Shown piece by piece: positions 1-10,266 of a stretch of 64,000 nt of DNA. Within the stretch, counting starts at the first letter, position 1; the number at the start of each line of letters is the position of its first letter. Below the pieces are notes generated by a model. It did not search any database. It saw nothing but the letters and a program-made list of their open reading frames with translations, and was not told the origin of the DNA. The translations under genes and the position numbers were made by a program. The stretch lies in sequence record MN563784.1. The stretch is one strand, 5' to 3'.

Positions 1-2
1 CT

Positions 3-1232
3 AAGGTATTAGCCGATACTCCCGCTAATATTACTAGTGCTGTATTTACTGGCGGTTATCCGTTAGGTCAAACAGAACTTAAAGAAGATGACCTTGTTGC
101 AATTAAAGTAGTTACTGATGAAAATATAGTAGCATACGAAATTGCTGACTTTGGTGCACTGAAAGAAAGTAGTGGTACTGTTGCACCTACTAAAGAACTA
201 GAGGTTACTGGTCTTTACGTAGCTGACCGTGGTAATACTACTAAGGCATATGGTTTCCGTGTACGTGTTCAGAAATCCACTGGTTCATGGTCAGAATGGT
301 TTACTTCCAGTGATGCTGGTTCCGAAGATAAAATTAACACCATGCAGTTAAACGATCTTCGCCCAGTTGTTAATATTGGTCAAGTAACTTATCCGTCTGG
401 TCAAAGTGCTATTAAAGTAGGTGAAACTGCTACTGTAGCCAATACAGTATCTAATGCTGATAGTGTGGTTTATTCCTCACCAAATGATCAGCTCACTATA
501 ACCAGTGCAAATGAAGCAGAAATTGCTAAGGTAGTTACTTATAAGTCTGGTACTTATAACGACAGCACTAATAACCTATTAATTACTGCTAAACGTGCAG
601 CTAATGGTAGTGTAGCTACGGCTACTGCTGTTGTAGCTATTGCAAATGCGGCTCCTACTGCAACGGTTACCTATCCAGCAGCTCGCCTTCGCTCAGGTGG
701 TAACTTTGGAACCCAAGTACAAAGTCATGTCATTACTTTAACCTCTACTCAGAAACTAAGTGCAGCTCCGGCCATGAATGCGCCTGGCGGTAAGTGGGCT
801 ACTGAGGATTGGAAATCTGACGCCACTGGTAAGGTATGGACACGTGCGTTACTAGTACATGACGATGATCCTAAAGGAACCTACGATTTTAACAGTGTGG
901 TTCTAAAAGGTTTAGCTGGTGTTGAAGCTAATAGTGTAAATGGTGGTACTTACGTACTAGGTGGATTTGTATTCCGCACTCTAAGTGTGGCTGCTTGGCC
1001 GAACCGTGAAACTGATATTGGTACTGAAGTAACCAATACTGGTAAACTACGTTGCAGTAACCTATCTAAAGGTTCTACTGGTAGCTTAAACTTCACTTAT
1101 AAGGCAGATGATGCGAATCAAGTTGACACCTACACCATCAAGGATGGCAATAAGTGGTATAACTGTGACTCAGCAAACGCTGTATCCAATACCACTGGAC
1201 TGATGAAAATCGAACTTGAGGAAGTAGTATAA
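3..1232 (+). CDS. Virion structural / tail-associated protein, 5'-truncated (phiKZ gp145-like)
   Basis: Frame is open from nt 3, upstream of the tracked ATG at 342, so the gene starts before the window. T/S/V/G-rich beta-type sequence. Stop overlaps the start of the next gene. Confidence 0.7.
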   Translation, partial: KVLADTPANITSAVFTGGYPLGQTELKEDDLVAIKVVTDENIVAYEIADFGALKESSGTVAPTKELEVTGLYVADRGNTTKAYGFRVRVQKSTGSWSEWFTSSDAGSEDKINTMQLNDLRPVVNIGQVTYPSGQSAIKVGETATVANTVSNADSVVYSSPNDQLTITSANEAEIAKVVTYKSGTYNDSTNNLLITAKRAANGSVATATAVVAIANAAPTATVTYPAARLRSGGNFGTQVQSHVITLTSTQKLSAAPAMNAPGGKWATEDWKSDATGKVWTRALLVHDDDPKGTYDFNSVVLKGLAGVEANSVNGGTYVLGGFVFRTLSVAAWPNRETDIGTEVTNTGKLRCSNLSKGSTGSLNFTYKADDANQVDTYTIKDGNKWYNCDSANAVSNTTGLMKIELEEVV

Positions 1233-4200
1233 TGGCTTCTGCATTTGAAGATTATGTAAACGGGGAACTCCCCAAACGGGTATCATCAATTGATGAACCC
1301 ACTTCTGTAGTTAATGGACACATCCCGGTTTCTACCGGGGTGGGTCTTAATACCACTTTCGTTGATCCTGTTACTATACCTGGATTAAAGGGTGAAGATG
1401 GTCAGCCGGGTAAAGATGGCGATCAAGGTCCCCCTGGCCCAGTTGGTCCGGCTATTAACATTATCGCTAATGTTGATCTAGCAACATTCGAACAAGATAT
1501 TAAACCATTAGATACGCATAATGTCGGTGATGCTTGGTTCGTTGAAGATCGGCTATGGGTATGGGAATCACCGCTAGGTAATGAAGATCCCCCTGTAAAA
1601 GGTCGTTGGGTTGAAACAGGTTCACTTCGTGGTCCAGATGGTACTGGTCTGGTTATCCGTGGTCGTTGGCCTAATAACTTAGAATTACCTAAGACTGAAA
1701 GTAATAAACCTGGAGATGCTTACTCATGGAATAATCAACTCTGGGCGTGGATGCTTATCTCAGGTAATAATCCGCCAGAGAATCCAACTATTGATGACTA
1801 TGATTGGTTCCCAGTTACACCACAGGGTGAACGTGGACCTGAGGGCCCTGAAGGTCCGCAAGGTAAAGATGGTGAAATTGGTCCTGAAGGTCCTCAGGGT
1901 GAACCAGCAATGCCGTTTACCATTAAGGATTCACTACCATCACCAGCTGATTTACCTGATCCATCTGTAGCTAAAGAATCAGAAGCATACTTAGTTACTA
2001 TGGAAGCTGGTAAACCAGAACATCTATTCATCTTTGTAAAAGGGGCATGGTCAGACCTAGGTACTTTCCAAGGCCCTGAGGGCCCACAAGGTAAACCAGG
2101 TAATACAGGTGATCCGGGTCCCGATGGTAAACAAGGTGAACCTGGTCCACAAGGTCGTAACTTAGAAGTAGTTAAAGCAGTTGAAACTGCTGATGATCTA
2201 TTAACCACCACTGGTGTAGAACAATACCAAGGTGTTTCAGTACGTTCCACCAATACGGTTTATGTACTGACTGGCCAAGATCCGACTGTTGATATCTCAT
2301 GGACAGCCATGGGTTCATTCCGTGGCCCGCAGGGCCCTGAAGGTCCGCAAGGTGAAGATGGCGAACAAGGTCTACCTGGTGAACCAGGGGCACAAGGTAA
2401 ATCGGCTTTCCAAGTAGCATTGGACAATGGCTTCACTGGTACTGAGGGTGAATGGTTAATCAGTCTACATGGTAAGAACGTAGTTATTACTGGTGCTGTT
2501 GCCAATGAGGCAGCCCTGCCGGCAGATGCTCCTGATCAGGCAGCGTACTTCACACAAGACACATCTACCTTATTTGTTAAGATAGATGGTAATTGGGTAA
2601 ATAGTGGTACACATCGAGGTCCTAAAGGTGAAGATGGCGCACCTGGTAAAGACGGTGATCAGGGACCAGAAGGACCCGAGGGACCAGAAGGCCCACAAGG
2701 TCCCGCTGGTGAACCTATCCAGATCATCGCAGCGATTGACACTCCTGAAGATACCCCACCAGAAGCACTTGCCGATAACCAATGGAAAGCATATACTGTT
2801 AAGTCCACGGGCGAAGTATTTGTTAACATGGACGGTAGTCGCTGGACTAGCATTGGTATTATGGCAGGTCCGCAAGGTAAACCGGGTGAAGGTTTAAACA
2901 TTAAAGGTGTTTTAACCGATGCTTCACAACTACCAAAGAAAGACACTGATCCTGACTTAGTAACTGGTGATTCATACTGGGTTGAAACTAACGAAGGTAC
3001 AATGCTCTATACTTACCAAGGTCAGGAAATTGATGGCTATATCGGCCCAATTAATCTAAATGGTGAGCAGGGTATCCAGGGTGTCGAAGGCCCACAAGGT
3101 CCTGAAGGTAAACAAGGTGGTGGTCTATTAATTATCTATGTTGGTGATGATGCTGGTAAACCAGTAGCATCTGCTGATAACGTAGGTAAAGGTATTGCCA
3201 TTCGCACCAATACTGAAGGACAAGTAGAAGTATTTGTAAGTATCGATACTGAAGGTACATTTACTTGGGAAAGCCTAGGTGTCTTAGCCATGGGTCCGCA
3301 GGGTCCTGAAGGCCCTGAGGGCAAACAAGGTGTTCCAGGTATCCCTGGTAAAACCGGTCAGAAAGGTGAACGTGGATCCTCTTGGGTAATTCTACCTGAA
3401 GGTCAAACTGCACCCACTTCTATCGATGGTAATCGTGGTGACTGGTGTATCGACAAAACTGGTACCGTTTGGTATAAAGATGCTAACTGGGTTGTATTCT
3501 ACAAATTAATGTCAGTTCCAGTTAGTGAAGTCGATCCAGAAGATGTCGATAAGAAAATGGTTCGGTACAAACTCGGTTGGACTGAACTACCTGTTGATGA
3601 GGTGGTAGATGCTGAAGTAGGTGTCTTCTATGGTCGCCGTAAAGCAACCGCTGACGGGGCTGTTGAATGGACTGCTATTGAATTACCAACACCTGCCATT
3701 GATGCTGTACCTAGTCCAGTTGTTAATGCACAATACGTTCGTAAAGGTATTGCAGGGGGTGAAACTGAATGGGCTACCATTACATTCCCAGAAATTCCTT
3801 CAGATGTAGTACGCGATACTGCACAAGCTACTAAGCCTCAAGGTCGTGTAGCTGGTAACTGGGTTGATGTAGCACCTCTGCAAACCGATGATACTCTAAT
3901 GGGTATGCAAAATGGTGAATGGGTAGCTGTACCAGCCGCAGTTATTGGTGAAGTACCTAGTGAAGGTGCTAATGGCACTAACTATGTACGTGAGAAAACA
4001 GCTAGTGGTTCTAAATGGACACCTGTAACTATTATAGTTGATCAAGCTGATGCTACTAGTGGACAACTATTCCTACGTAATGCTGCGGCTAAATCATGGA
4101 CTCTATTCCAAGGGCCGAATAATGATGTAACCGCTGATGGTGATTGGCTACGTAGCCGTACTGGTACTAATATTACTTGGAAGAAGCTAGATAAATCATT

Positions 4201-4513
4201 CGATGCATATAGCCTAAAATCAAGTACATTCACTGGTACAGCTTTAACTCTAACACCAGCTAACCAACAGTGCTATAGGGTTCAAACTGCTGCTAACCAA
4301 ACCATTACACTAGAGAATGGACCTGTTGATCGTATGATCACAGCTGTTCTTGTATTGCTTGGTAAGGTAGCTATGCCAACACTTTCTAGTGCAGTGTTAC
4401 AATGGAACAATGGTACTCCAGTAATAGTAGATGACCTAGGTGATACTAAAACAGTTCTTACCCTCTTATGGGATGGTACTAACTGGATAGTTTCCAAAGG
4501 TGCTGTTATTTAA
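1232..4513 (+). CDS. Collagen-like tail fibre protein, 1093 aa (gp146-like)
   Basis: Multiple (Gly-X-Y)n blocks (GPQGPEGPQG) separated by small Trp-containing modules. Non-collagen C-terminal half. Confidence 0.85.
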   Translation: MASAFEDYVNGELPKRVSSIDEPTSVVNGHIPVSTGVGLNTTFVDPVTIPGLKGEDGQPGKDGDQGPPGPVGPAINIIANVDLATFEQDIKPLDTHNVGDAWFVEDRLWVWESPLGNEDPPVKGRWVETGSLRGPDGTGLVIRGRWPNNLELPKTESNKPGDAYSWNNQLWAWMLISGNNPPENPTIDDYDWFPVTPQGERGPEGPEGPQGKDGEIGPEGPQGEPAMPFTIKDSLPSPADLPDPSVAKESEAYLVTMEAGKPEHLFIFVKGAWSDLGTFQGPEGPQGKPGNTGDPGPDGKQGEPGPQGRNLEVVKAVETADDLLTTTGVEQYQGVSVRSTNTVYVLTGQDPTVDISWTAMGSFRGPQGPEGPQGEDGEQGLPGEPGAQGKSAFQVALDNGFTGTEGEWLISLHGKNVVITGAVANEAALPADAPDQAAYFTQDTSTLFVKIDGNWVNSGTHRGPKGEDGAPGKDGDQGPEGPEGPEGPQGPAGEPIQIIAAIDTPEDTPPEALADNQWKAYTVKSTGEVFVNMDGSRWTSIGIMAGPQGKPGEGLNIKGVLTDASQLPKKDTDPDLVTGDSYWVETNEGTMLYTYQGQEIDGYIGPINLNGEQGIQGVEGPQGPEGKQGGGLLIIYVGDDAGKPVASADNVGKGIAIRTNTEGQVEVFVSIDTEGTFTWESLGVLAMGPQGPEGPEGKQGVPGIPGKTGQKGERGSSWVILPEGQTAPTSIDGNRGDWCIDKTGTVWYKDANWVVFYKLMSVPVSEVDPEDVDKKMVRYKLGWTELPVDEVVDAEVGVFYGRRKATADGAVEWTAIELPTPAIDAVPSPVVNAQYVRKGIAGGETEWATITFPEIPSDVVRDTAQATKPQGRVAGNWVDVAPLQTDDTLMGMQNGEWVAVPAAVIGEVPSEGANGTNYVREKTASGSKWTPVTIIVDQADATSGQLFLRNAAAKSWTLFQGPNNDVTADGDWLRSRTGTNITWKKLDKSFDAYSLKSSTFTGTALTLTPANQQCYRVQTAANQTITLENGPVDRMITAVLVLLGKVAMPTLSSAVLQWNNGTPVIVDDLGDTKTVLTLLWDGTNWIVSKGAVI

Positions 4514-4524
4514 AACGACATATT

Positions 4525-4550
4525 GCCCTCCCTTCGGGGAGGGCTTTATT
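4525..4550 (+). terminator. Intrinsic terminator
   Basis: GCCCTCCC-TTCG-GGGAGGGC followed by TTTATT right after the stop codon. Confidence 0.85.
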
Positions 4551-4613
4551 TTGTCTTTTAAGGTTGATTCATTGTTAACCATGCCGTCATACCAGTTATA
4601 TCTAAAAAAAAGC

Positions 4614-4640
4614 ATAGAAAGCCCTAATAGGGCTTTCTAT
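4614..4640 (-). terminator. Intrinsic terminator
   Basis: 12-bp stem ATAGAAAGCCCT/AGGGCTTTCTAT with a long T run on the minus strand, downstream of the 4647-5363 gene. Confidence 0.8.
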
Positions 4641-4646
4641 TGGGTA

Positions 4647-5363
4647 TCATGGCTTAAACATGGAAAAGTATTCAGCATCGATGAAATCAAAGTCGATATT
4701 AAGTTTATGCTTTAACTGGAAATCCATGATAATAAACTGTTTATCTTCAACAGCTAATTCACTTACATCTTTCTCAAATAGCTTTGGACCAATAATAGTA
4801 AAGTCAGGCATCAACACTTGTCCTAATTCAAGAACATGGGTTTTACACCATTCTCCAAAATTATACATAATCGCCATTGAATAGATAGAGTTTAATCTAG
4901 AACAAGTAAGGTCTGTTAATGGAGTATTAATCAGGGTGATCTGAATATGATCACCAATGTACTTATGTAAGCAGTATAGTAATTCATCTTGAGCATCTGG
5001 TGTCAATTCATATGGCCAGATATTGACTTCAAGACATGTTTCAAAATTAGCATTAACTATACCATCTAATCTATTCAAATCTGATTGGGCTATTAATTGA
5101 ATAATAAATGGAATGATACCAGTGAATATAGAACTATTGATAGTGTCAGCAGTATTTTCACCACCACGTTTAGAATAAGCTTCGACAAATTGTTCATTAG
5201 TTACTAAACCATCTGTTAGTTTAGTCCAATCATCCATTTCCCTATGCCAGTAAATTTGACCATTGGTAACAAGCTTATTAGCTGCATCTTTATTTAGTAA
5301 CCTAATGGTTCCTAACCGTGTATCTAATAGTGAGTCAAGATCAATTAAGATTTTACGAAACAT
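4647..5363 (-). CDS. Hypothetical protein with N-terminal HAD-like DxD motif
   Basis: 238-aa ORF in a minus-strand operon; begins KILIDLDSLLD. Confidence 0.65.
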   Translation of the reverse strand: MFRKILIDLDSLLDTRLGTIRLLNKDAANKLVTNGQIYWHREMDDWTKLTDGLVTNEQFVEAYSKRGGENTADTINSSIFTGIIPFIIQLIAQSDLNRLDGIVNANFETCLEVNIWPYELTPDAQDELLYCLHKYIGDHIQITLINTPLTDLTCSRLNSIYSMAIMYNFGEWCKTHVLELGQVLMPDFTIIGPKLFEKDVSELAVEDKQFIIMDFQLKHKLNIDFDFIDAEYFSMFKP

Positions 5364-5859
5364 TATTATTTACCGCCTTCTTTTTAGATGGCTTAGCTTG
5401 AACTGGGATAGATTCAACCATATTAGTAATATAACGGATATTTAAACATTGGCAAATAATCCAAACTAACCAATCATTTTGGTATAAAATGTCAGTTAAT
5501 TCTTTTCGTGGAATTAATCGCGCTAACATTTCTTGGTCAACAATAGTTGAATTAGGTTGATAAGGATAAATAGAATCAGCTAGTAATTTCACCACACCAT
5601 CCCAATCATTAACAGCCATCTTAAATCGACTAACTAAACTTAAGATAGGTTGAAGACGATTACCTTTATTACGGAATAAATTCCAGATATCCCTAATAAC
5701 TGTTTTATCAGCAATGTGATACCAATGAGTATTGGTACTCCAGTTATTTAGTAAATCCAAAATATCCGCAATGATTTCAGCACTGTATCCATTTACTAAC
5801 TCAGTATTAGATACAATTAAAGCTTCGCACATATCTTCATAAATCTGGCGATTATTCAT
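5353..5859 (-). CDS. Hypothetical protein
   Basis: 168-aa ORF that overlaps or abuts its neighbours. Confidence 0.7.
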   Translation of the reverse strand: MNNRQIYEDMCEALIVSNTELVNGYSAEIIADILDLLNNWSTNTHWYHIADKTVIRDIWNLFRNKGNRLQPILSLVSRFKMAVNDWDGVVKLLADSIYPYQPNSTIVDQEMLARLIPRKELTDILYQNDWLVWIICQCLNIRYITNMVESIPVQAKPSKKKAVNNNVS

Positions 5860-5861
5860 AA

Positions 5862-6536
5862 TTACACCAAGTTATTTTGTAGCATCATGCCTTTTAGATA
5901 ACATGCAAATGTTTTATTAGATTGCACAGTAGTATCATAAGTGGACATGATGGAATCAACAGAAGCACTACCAGTTTCGATAATAGAGCGGTTCATTGCA
6001 TTATACGCCTTCTGGTCGCCACCACGCAGTTTCATGAATTCGATCATGGAATAACGGAGACCTTTTGAAGCGTTAACTTGAATCTCTGGTGCAGACATAC
6101 GGGATCCTTTAGAATCACCAGTTACCTGCCCTGACCTCTGGTCAATCACGTGACTAGAACCTGGAATACTTTTCTTTTTCTCAAGCATTTGTACTTGACG
6201 ACGGATTGGTATTAAACCAACTAAATGTTTATTAGCAGTTCGATATACCTGGCCAGTACCTGGATCAGTTAAAATGATGTGTTGGAATAAATTATGACCA
6301 ATCGCTTTAGCAACTTTATAATTTTGCTTAATAGTTAATTTAGGCTTAGTGCATAAGTTAGGAGCATATAATGCCAACATCTCTTCACCAGAATCTAACT
6401 TATTAATCCACTCCTCAAATTCCTCATCATTCATTCGTGCAAACATTTCTTTATAGATATCAACATTACTACTACCAGGTAGAAACATGTCAATAATCCA
6501 TAGGCATTCTTTTTCTACCAATTCTCGTTTAGTCAT
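5862..6536 (-). CDS. rpoB: Virion RNA polymerase beta subunit, C-terminal fragment (gp149-like)
   Basis: RSGQVTGDSKGSRMSAPEIQVNASKG...EFMKLRGGD resembles the beta C-terminal GGQRFGEME...EMLTVKSDD region. Size and position fit the split vRNAP. Confidence 0.8.
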   Translation of the reverse strand: MTKRELVEKECLWIIDMFLPGSSNVDIYKEMFARMNDEEFEEWINKLDSGEEMLALYAPNLCTKPKLTIKQNYKVAKAIGHNLFQHIILTDPGTGQVYRTANKHLVGLIPIRRQVQMLEKKKSIPGSSHVIDQRSGQVTGDSKGSRMSAPEIQVNASKGLRYSMIEFMKLRGGDQKAYNAMNRSIIETGSASVDSIMSTYDTTVQSNKTFACYLKGMMLQNNLV

Positions 6537-6568
6537 GGTAATTTCCTTTAAGGTTGTTTAACATACCA

Positions 6569-6889
6569 TTAGCTTGAGCGAGATACCCCTTGATAGACAG
6601 GTATTGAATTCTGGTCAGTACATGGAGGTAACCTGTGCCTCTTAAGAATTGGTAATATGTTGGCTAGAAAATTAGCATACCATACTTCAAAGGTGACTGA
6701 ATCATCAATGGTGGTTCTAGCTGTCAATGTCTGACTAGGGTATTGAGCTAATAGTTGCTGAAAGCAAGCTGATAAAGTGGGTACGTCTGTACACACTGGT
6801 AATCGACGTAATAGATCTTCTGATAGTTCAACATCAAACATTCGTAGACGTTGACAAAGTGTTAAACGATAATCTTCTGTAGTTTTCAT
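6569..6889 (-). CDS. Hypothetical protein
   Basis: 106-aa ORF in the operon. Confidence 0.65.
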   Translation of the reverse strand: MKTTEDYRLTLCQRLRMFDVELSEDLLRRLPVCTDVPTLSACFQQLLAQYPSQTLTARTTIDDSVTFEVWYANFLANILPILKRHRLPPCTDQNSIPVYQGVSRSS

Positions 6890-6912
6890 TATAGTTCCTT
6901 AGGGTCTTTATT

Positions 6913-7263
6913 TTACTTTGATATCTCACCACAGTAAATGACCTCTGTTTTTGTTTCAAGCCATTCTACTAATAAATGCCGGTGACAGAAATTACCAGCG
7001 CGACAATAACAACCTAATGCTACTTCCTCTAATTGGAAGAACCATTTAAAGAATTCTGGATTATCAATCAATGATTGCTCTAACATACTGAGATATGCTT
7101 CAGTGTATTCATCACTTGATATAATTCCTTTCTTATGTCCCATAACCATTAACCACGTAGGTGCGAGTTGATATGCACCTGATTTAACAGTTATGTCTAG
7201 CGGTTTTATTCCTTTCTCTATAACTAACTTATATTTAGCTATCTGATAAGTGTAAACATTCAT
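6913..7263 (-). CDS. DUF488-like protein
   Basis: LAPTW motif and C-terminal LGCYC...CHRHLL motif, typical of the DUF488 family. Confidence 0.7.
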   Translation of the reverse strand: MNVYTYQIAKYKLVIEKGIKPLDITVKSGAYQLAPTWLMVMGHKKGIISSDEYTEAYLSMLEQSLIDNPEFFKWFFQLEEVALGCYCRAGNFCHRHLLVEWLETKTEVIYCGEISK

Positions 7264-7277
7264 ATACCAAACCTGAC

Positions 7278-7308
7278 ATAACTAGGGATCTTATTGACCC
7301 CTAGTTAT
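7278..7308. terminator. Hairpin / probable terminator downstream of uvsX
   Basis: ATAACTAGGG...CCCTAGTTAT 10-bp outer stem in the intergenic gap. Confidence 0.6.
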
Positions 7309-7339
7309 TTTAAAACTGGCGATAACATCTATACTAACA

Positions 7340-8779
7340 TTAAGCTTTTGCTTTAGCTAGTTCAAGAGGTACAATTTTAGCTTTTTCTTCGTCAGTCATC
7401 CAGTATGGTTTATATTCACTTTTACGCATGCGTAGTAGGTCATACGTGGATAGGAATTTTTTATCACTAAATTGTTCGTCTTCTTCGAACATCCAATAGC
7501 CACGGGTATTATTAAGAATAATATTCCAATCATAACCCATTACTTTAAGATCAGCATATAGTTCGGCTGGAGTTACTACATAATCTCCAAGATTCCAACG
7601 TTGGAATTGAATTAATTGTAGCATTTCAGATTGGATTTCAACAGCTCGTTGTAGAGCAGGGTTATCCATCAATTTCTTACGAACAGTGGTTCGGCTTAGT
7701 TTGATATCAGGACATAGCTCAACGAAGTAGTTAATGTTATTACCACCAATCCCCCAATCATTTTCACGGCAATAATGGAATTCCGATAGTGATGGAAGAA
7801 TACCTTCAGTCTGTGAAACAATGAGATGGAATGGTAGACCAGTAATTCCACCTTTACCACGTAAGTTAATAACTTCTAGAATACGTAGATCTGTATCGCC
7901 TTCAATAGCAGTTGAATTGTCAATTGGATATAAAGGCATTTTTTCTTTATTGACTAACGGTTTATTAGATTCAATAGAAAACACATTATTCGGCAGAGAG
8001 TAGAAACCACCTGATACCCCTTTAAGAACCGTATCCTTCTTCATATGCGATAGATTACGTTTATCAGTAGGGTACATCTCAATTTGAATAATATCTCCAA
8101 CGTGTGCAGTGAGAATCATGTATGTACTGGTTTTAGCACAGATCTGCGGCAGTTGGTTAAATAACTGATTCTTGGCTTTACCATTAGTCATCGCATCAGT
8201 GTTTACTTTAGAATCACCGATAGCATTTTTAGCATACATTTCAGACACAGCTGAGACAATGAACTTTGAGAAACTATCAATGAATCCACCAGTTGGGTAC
8301 AGTGCTTTCTTATTGTTACCATTCACATCAAGAAATGGGGTAGTGCGTAGATAATCTTTTTCAGCTTTCTCTTTTTCAGATAATGCATCTCGGAAGATTT
8401 TGAACCACTCATCCCCAGTATAACGAGATAAGTCAGTAAACATGTATTGCTCATCATTTTCCCAATCGATAGCAGCTAGCTCAGGATAAGCTTGTGCTAA
8501 AGATGTAAATCGAGCACCTGGGTTTAATGTACCTTCTGTATCGTAAGTCATTGCATGTGCACCGGGGAAAGCACGGCGCATCATTGCCATGAGGTAGATA
8601 CCTAATGCAGTTTTAAAATTGTTAGGTCGTGAAGCAATGCCAGTTAGTGATCCCATACCACCATTTAGAATCATTTCACCATGCTTACCTTGTTCATACT
8701 TACCAGTTGAAATGTCCATAAGGCATCCGATGTTAAGAGCCGGTCGGAAAGCTGGACGTTCGAAATGTTTACCAAACAT
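7340..8779 (-). CDS. uvsX: RecA/UvsX-family recombinase (gp152-like)
   Basis: Variant P-loop GIASRPNNFKT, YDTEG, Walker B-like FIDSFS, ILTAHVG. 479 aa. Confidence 0.8.
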   Translation of the reverse strand: MFGKHFERPAFRPALNIGCLMDISTGKYEQGKHGEMILNGGMGSLTGIASRPNNFKTALGIYLMAMMRRAFPGAHAMTYDTEGTLNPGARFTSLAQAYPELAAIDWENDEQYMFTDLSRYTGDEWFKIFRDALSEKEKAEKDYLRTTPFLDVNGNNKKALYPTGGFIDSFSKFIVSAVSEMYAKNAIGDSKVNTDAMTNGKAKNQLFNQLPQICAKTSTYMILTAHVGDIIQIEMYPTDKRNLSHMKKDTVLKGVSGGFYSLPNNVFSIESNKPLVNKEKMPLYPIDNSTAIEGDTDLRILEVINLRGKGGITGLPFHLIVSQTEGILPSLSEFHYCRENDWGIGGNNINYFVELCPDIKLSRTTVRKKLMDNPALQRAVEIQSEMLQLIQFQRWNLGDYVVTPAELYADLKVMGYDWNIILNNTRGYWMFEEDEQFSDKKFLSTYDLLRMRKSEYKPYWMTDEEKAKIVPLELAKAKA

Positions 8780-8876
8780 GTTGACTCCATTTTTTAAGTT
8801 AAACAGTCAATTAATTGATTTGGAGAGTAATTTTATGTCTACATATTCAACAATCCTTGCGCAAGGAAATTAAGAC

Positions 8877-9791
8877 ATGTTTAACATCCATAAATACGCT
8901 AAAAGTATTTCACTAGAAAATGATTGTCAGGATCTAATTGAATCTGACAATATTGTTAATGATGATATTAGTTTAGTACAAGTTGATCCAAAACAACAGC
9001 TTGTAGATATTACTGAGACTATTTCTCAAGAAGCTAATTTCGCAACAAACGCTATTAACATTATCAATAAACGCGGTGCTAATTTTGCTATCGCTGCTCG
9101 TAATGCATTTACGTCGATGACTAACTGGAGTAATCAAATTATTCCTGAGTTCCATCCAGCGCAGATGCGCCATTTAGTTTCACACATTGATTATTTAGAA
9201 GTAGCAAATACAATCGTGCCACAACCAGTTGGTTTTAATGGTGAGATTCCAGACTATGTTGATTATCTATTAACAGAAGCTAAGGAAATGGCCACTATTA
9301 TTCCAGCGGTATTAGACCCGGTTAAAGCACAACTTGGATATTATCTACAACAGCGTGCTGATCGAATGGATAAGCGTGGCTTTGCTAATTCATTTGCAAT
9401 GGCATCGATCAATGATCTTGCTAAAGATGCTTCTTTCTATGACAGTGACAACCGGTCAAGTACAGCTGAGTTTGGTAAGCTTTACCCATCATTAAATTCA
9501 TTTGTTGACGCAACAAAGAAAATGAACGATATTCGTAGCATTTTATCACGGGTTCGTCCAAATGATGTAAAACGTGCTTCAGAAGCGCTTAGTCAATTAA
9601 TTGATAGCTTTATGGAGGATGTTAAGGATAGTAACTCTGACACCTCTCCAGAGCTATTACAGACATTAATTGAAGGGGTTACATGGGCAGCAGACCATGT
9701 TGAACGTTATTCAACACTCTTTACCAAGATTGTTGAGACTGCAAACACAATGAAAGCCACTGAAGATATTCTTCGTGAAATCATTGGATAA
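8877..9791 (+). CDS. Virion head protein (gp153-like)
   Basis: 304 aa, helical. N-terminal ISLE matches the head-protease S/A/G-X-E motif. Confidence 0.65.
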   Translation: MFNIHKYAKSISLENDCQDLIESDNIVNDDISLVQVDPKQQLVDITETISQEANFATNAINIINKRGANFAIAARNAFTSMTNWSNQIIPEFHPAQMRHLVSHIDYLEVANTIVPQPVGFNGEIPDYVDYLLTEAKEMATIIPAVLDPVKAQLGYYLQQRADRMDKRGFANSFAMASINDLAKDASFYDSDNRSSTAEFGKLYPSLNSFVDATKKMNDIRSILSRVRPNDVKRASEALSQLIDSFMEDVKDSNSDTSPELLQTLIEGVTWAADHVERYSTLFTKIVETANTMKATEDILREIIG

Positions 9792-9799
9792 CAGCATAA

Positions 9800-9821
9800 G
9801 CCCTCTCCCAAAGGAGAGGGC
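9800..9821. terminator. Bidirectional terminator, repeated family
   Basis: GCCCTCTCC-CAAA-GGAGAGGGC between convergent genes. Confidence 0.8.
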
Positions 9822-9836
9822 ATTATGTCGTACCAA

Positions 9837-10256
9837 TCAATTTGGAATACACTTCTCATGTAAACTTAATTTAAAGAGGGTTTTTAAATCCTTTAAAAAA
9901 GTTGCATCATCAGCATATTTCATCCAACACGGAGTCTTACGAATAAGCCTCATGAAAAATTGATCAGTGGTTAGATCTGCTTTATCAATCTTATCGATTG
10001 CTATCACGCCTTTCCATACGTACGGCCCATAATGAATAGGGAGTCGTAAGGCAGCTTCATCGCGTACTAGTTTCATGTTAGAATTCAAATGAGAGATCTT
10101 TTCACACTCATTTGTCTTACACTGTACTATAACGGAGTACAGTGACGCCATGACGCACATCCGCTTTAGTTCGGGATCAGCATAGTCCCAGAGCTTAATC
10201 CAAATTGCCCTGAAACCATTCTTAACCGACTTTTTGAATCTGCTAATAAGGTTCAT
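9837..10256 (-). CDS. Hypothetical protein
   Basis: I prefer the ATG at 10256 (MNLISR), which avoids overlap with RNase H. The track start is 10322. Confidence 0.6.
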   Translation of the reverse strand: MNLISRFKKSVKNGFRAIWIKLWDYADPELKRMCVMASLYSVIVQCKTNECEKISHLNSNMKLVRDEAALRLPIHYGPYVWKGVIAIDKIDKADLTTDQFFMRLIRKTPCWMKYADDATFLKDLKTLFKLSLHEKCIPN

Positions 10257-10266
10257 GGAATACCCA

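Noticed and set aside
1716-4497. Short overlapping and antisense ORFs within the collagen gene
   Set aside because: They are shadows of the Gly-X-Y codon periodicity, with no RBS and low-complexity products.
4500-4715. 71-aa ORF on the + strand
   Set aside because: It runs through two terminator hairpins and into the convergent gene.
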